In this document: piece by piece, positions 63,483-64,000 of the stretch
Layout of the letters: every line of letters starts with the position of its first letter
How positions within the stretch are numbered: position 1 is the first letter of the stretch
Source of the DNA: an uncultured delta proteobacterium
GTDB lineage: Bacteria > Desulfobacterota > Desulfomonilia > Desulfomonilales > Desulfomonilaceae
DNA: 64,000 bases
Assembly (NCBI GenBank): GCA_963789265.1
Contig: CAWBKB010000001.1
Span: forward strand, 1,056,001-1,120,000
Reading direction: 5' to 3'
The notes under the pieces: generated by a model
Database searches by the model: none
What the model saw: the letters and a program-made list of their open reading frames with translations, nothing else
What the model was told of the DNA's origin: nothing
Translations under genes and position numbers: made by a program

Positions 63483-64000
63483 TCAGTCTATTTCCATCGG
63501 TTTCCCCGAGAGACATCGTCTAATCGCTCTGGCCGTCAAGACAAGCACCATGGCCCTGCGATATGCAGCCGACCCTCTGATCGAGTCCCTCGGCCAACAC
63601 TCTTGGGCTGCACTTACTGCTGCGGCATCGATGTTGTCACTAGTCAACGGTCTGCTCCGGAACGTCGACTCAGCAGTAAATGCTCGAAGAGGCGTCCGTC
63701 CCACTGCCCCGAGTCCTATTCGAATGTCGGTGCATTTTTCGCCGGTTGCTTTGACAAAGGCAGCCACACCTACAACGGCCAGATCCAACCTGCTTCTAGG
63801 TGATAATTTTATGTAGCAACTTCGAGCCCCGGCGCTTGACTGGGGAACTAAGATTTCCGTGACGATCTCGCCATAGGAAAGAGCGGTTTGGAGGGGACCG
63901 GTAAAGAAATCCTTCAGAGGAATGGTTCGCTCCCCCGAAGCAGAGGCGCAGCGGACTGTAGCATCCAGCGCAAGGAGGGCCGGCGCAGTATCGGCTGAAG
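63483..64000 (-). CDS. Xanthine dehydrogenase family FAD-binding subunit (partial)
   Basis: SADTAPALLALDA...FFTGP...DLAVV...RIGLGAV...RGSAAYRR. Confidence 0.92.
   Translation of the reverse strand, partial: SADTAPALLALDATVRCASASGERTIPLKDFFTGPLQTALSYGEIVTEILVPQSSAGARSCYIKLSPRSRLDLAVVGVAAFVKATGEKCTDIRIGLGAVGRTPLRAFTAESTFRSRPLTSDNIDAAAVSAAQECWPRDSIRGSAAYRRAMVLVLTARAIRRCLSGKPMEID

Overview
Bacterial chromosomal window. The gene content and paralogue families suggest an anaerobic deltaproteobacterium, possibly Desulfomonile-like (inference only). Housekeeping and metabolic genes include alaS, a CCA-adding enzyme, dnaJ/cbpM, a carboxyltransferase, SOD, a penicillin acylase, a CoA-transferase-GNAT fusion and a xanthine-dehydrogenase-family Mo-enzyme operon. 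At least seven families of REP/MITE-like palindromic repeats are interspersed. Two regions stand out. (1) At 11.4-18.8 kb, seven co-oriented genes carry nine copies of one ~50-aa helical domain that I cannot assign to a family. It is fused to PilZ, ankyrin, Zn-ribbon or membrane modules and faces a TPR-PilZ-like-Zn-ribbon Ser/Thr kinase. PAS sensors lie upstream and a PP2C/FHA pair lies downstream. (2) At 50.9-58.0 kb, an accessory island has cargo genes separated by four co-oriented, internally deleted remnants of a REP-associated tyrosine transposase, like a cassette array. It ends at two tRNA-Glu 3'-end fragments that bracket a hicAB module. Eight separate +1 single-base frameshifts, one of them in essential alaS, look like sequencing or assembly errors. 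All calls come from reading motifs by eye; no searches were run.
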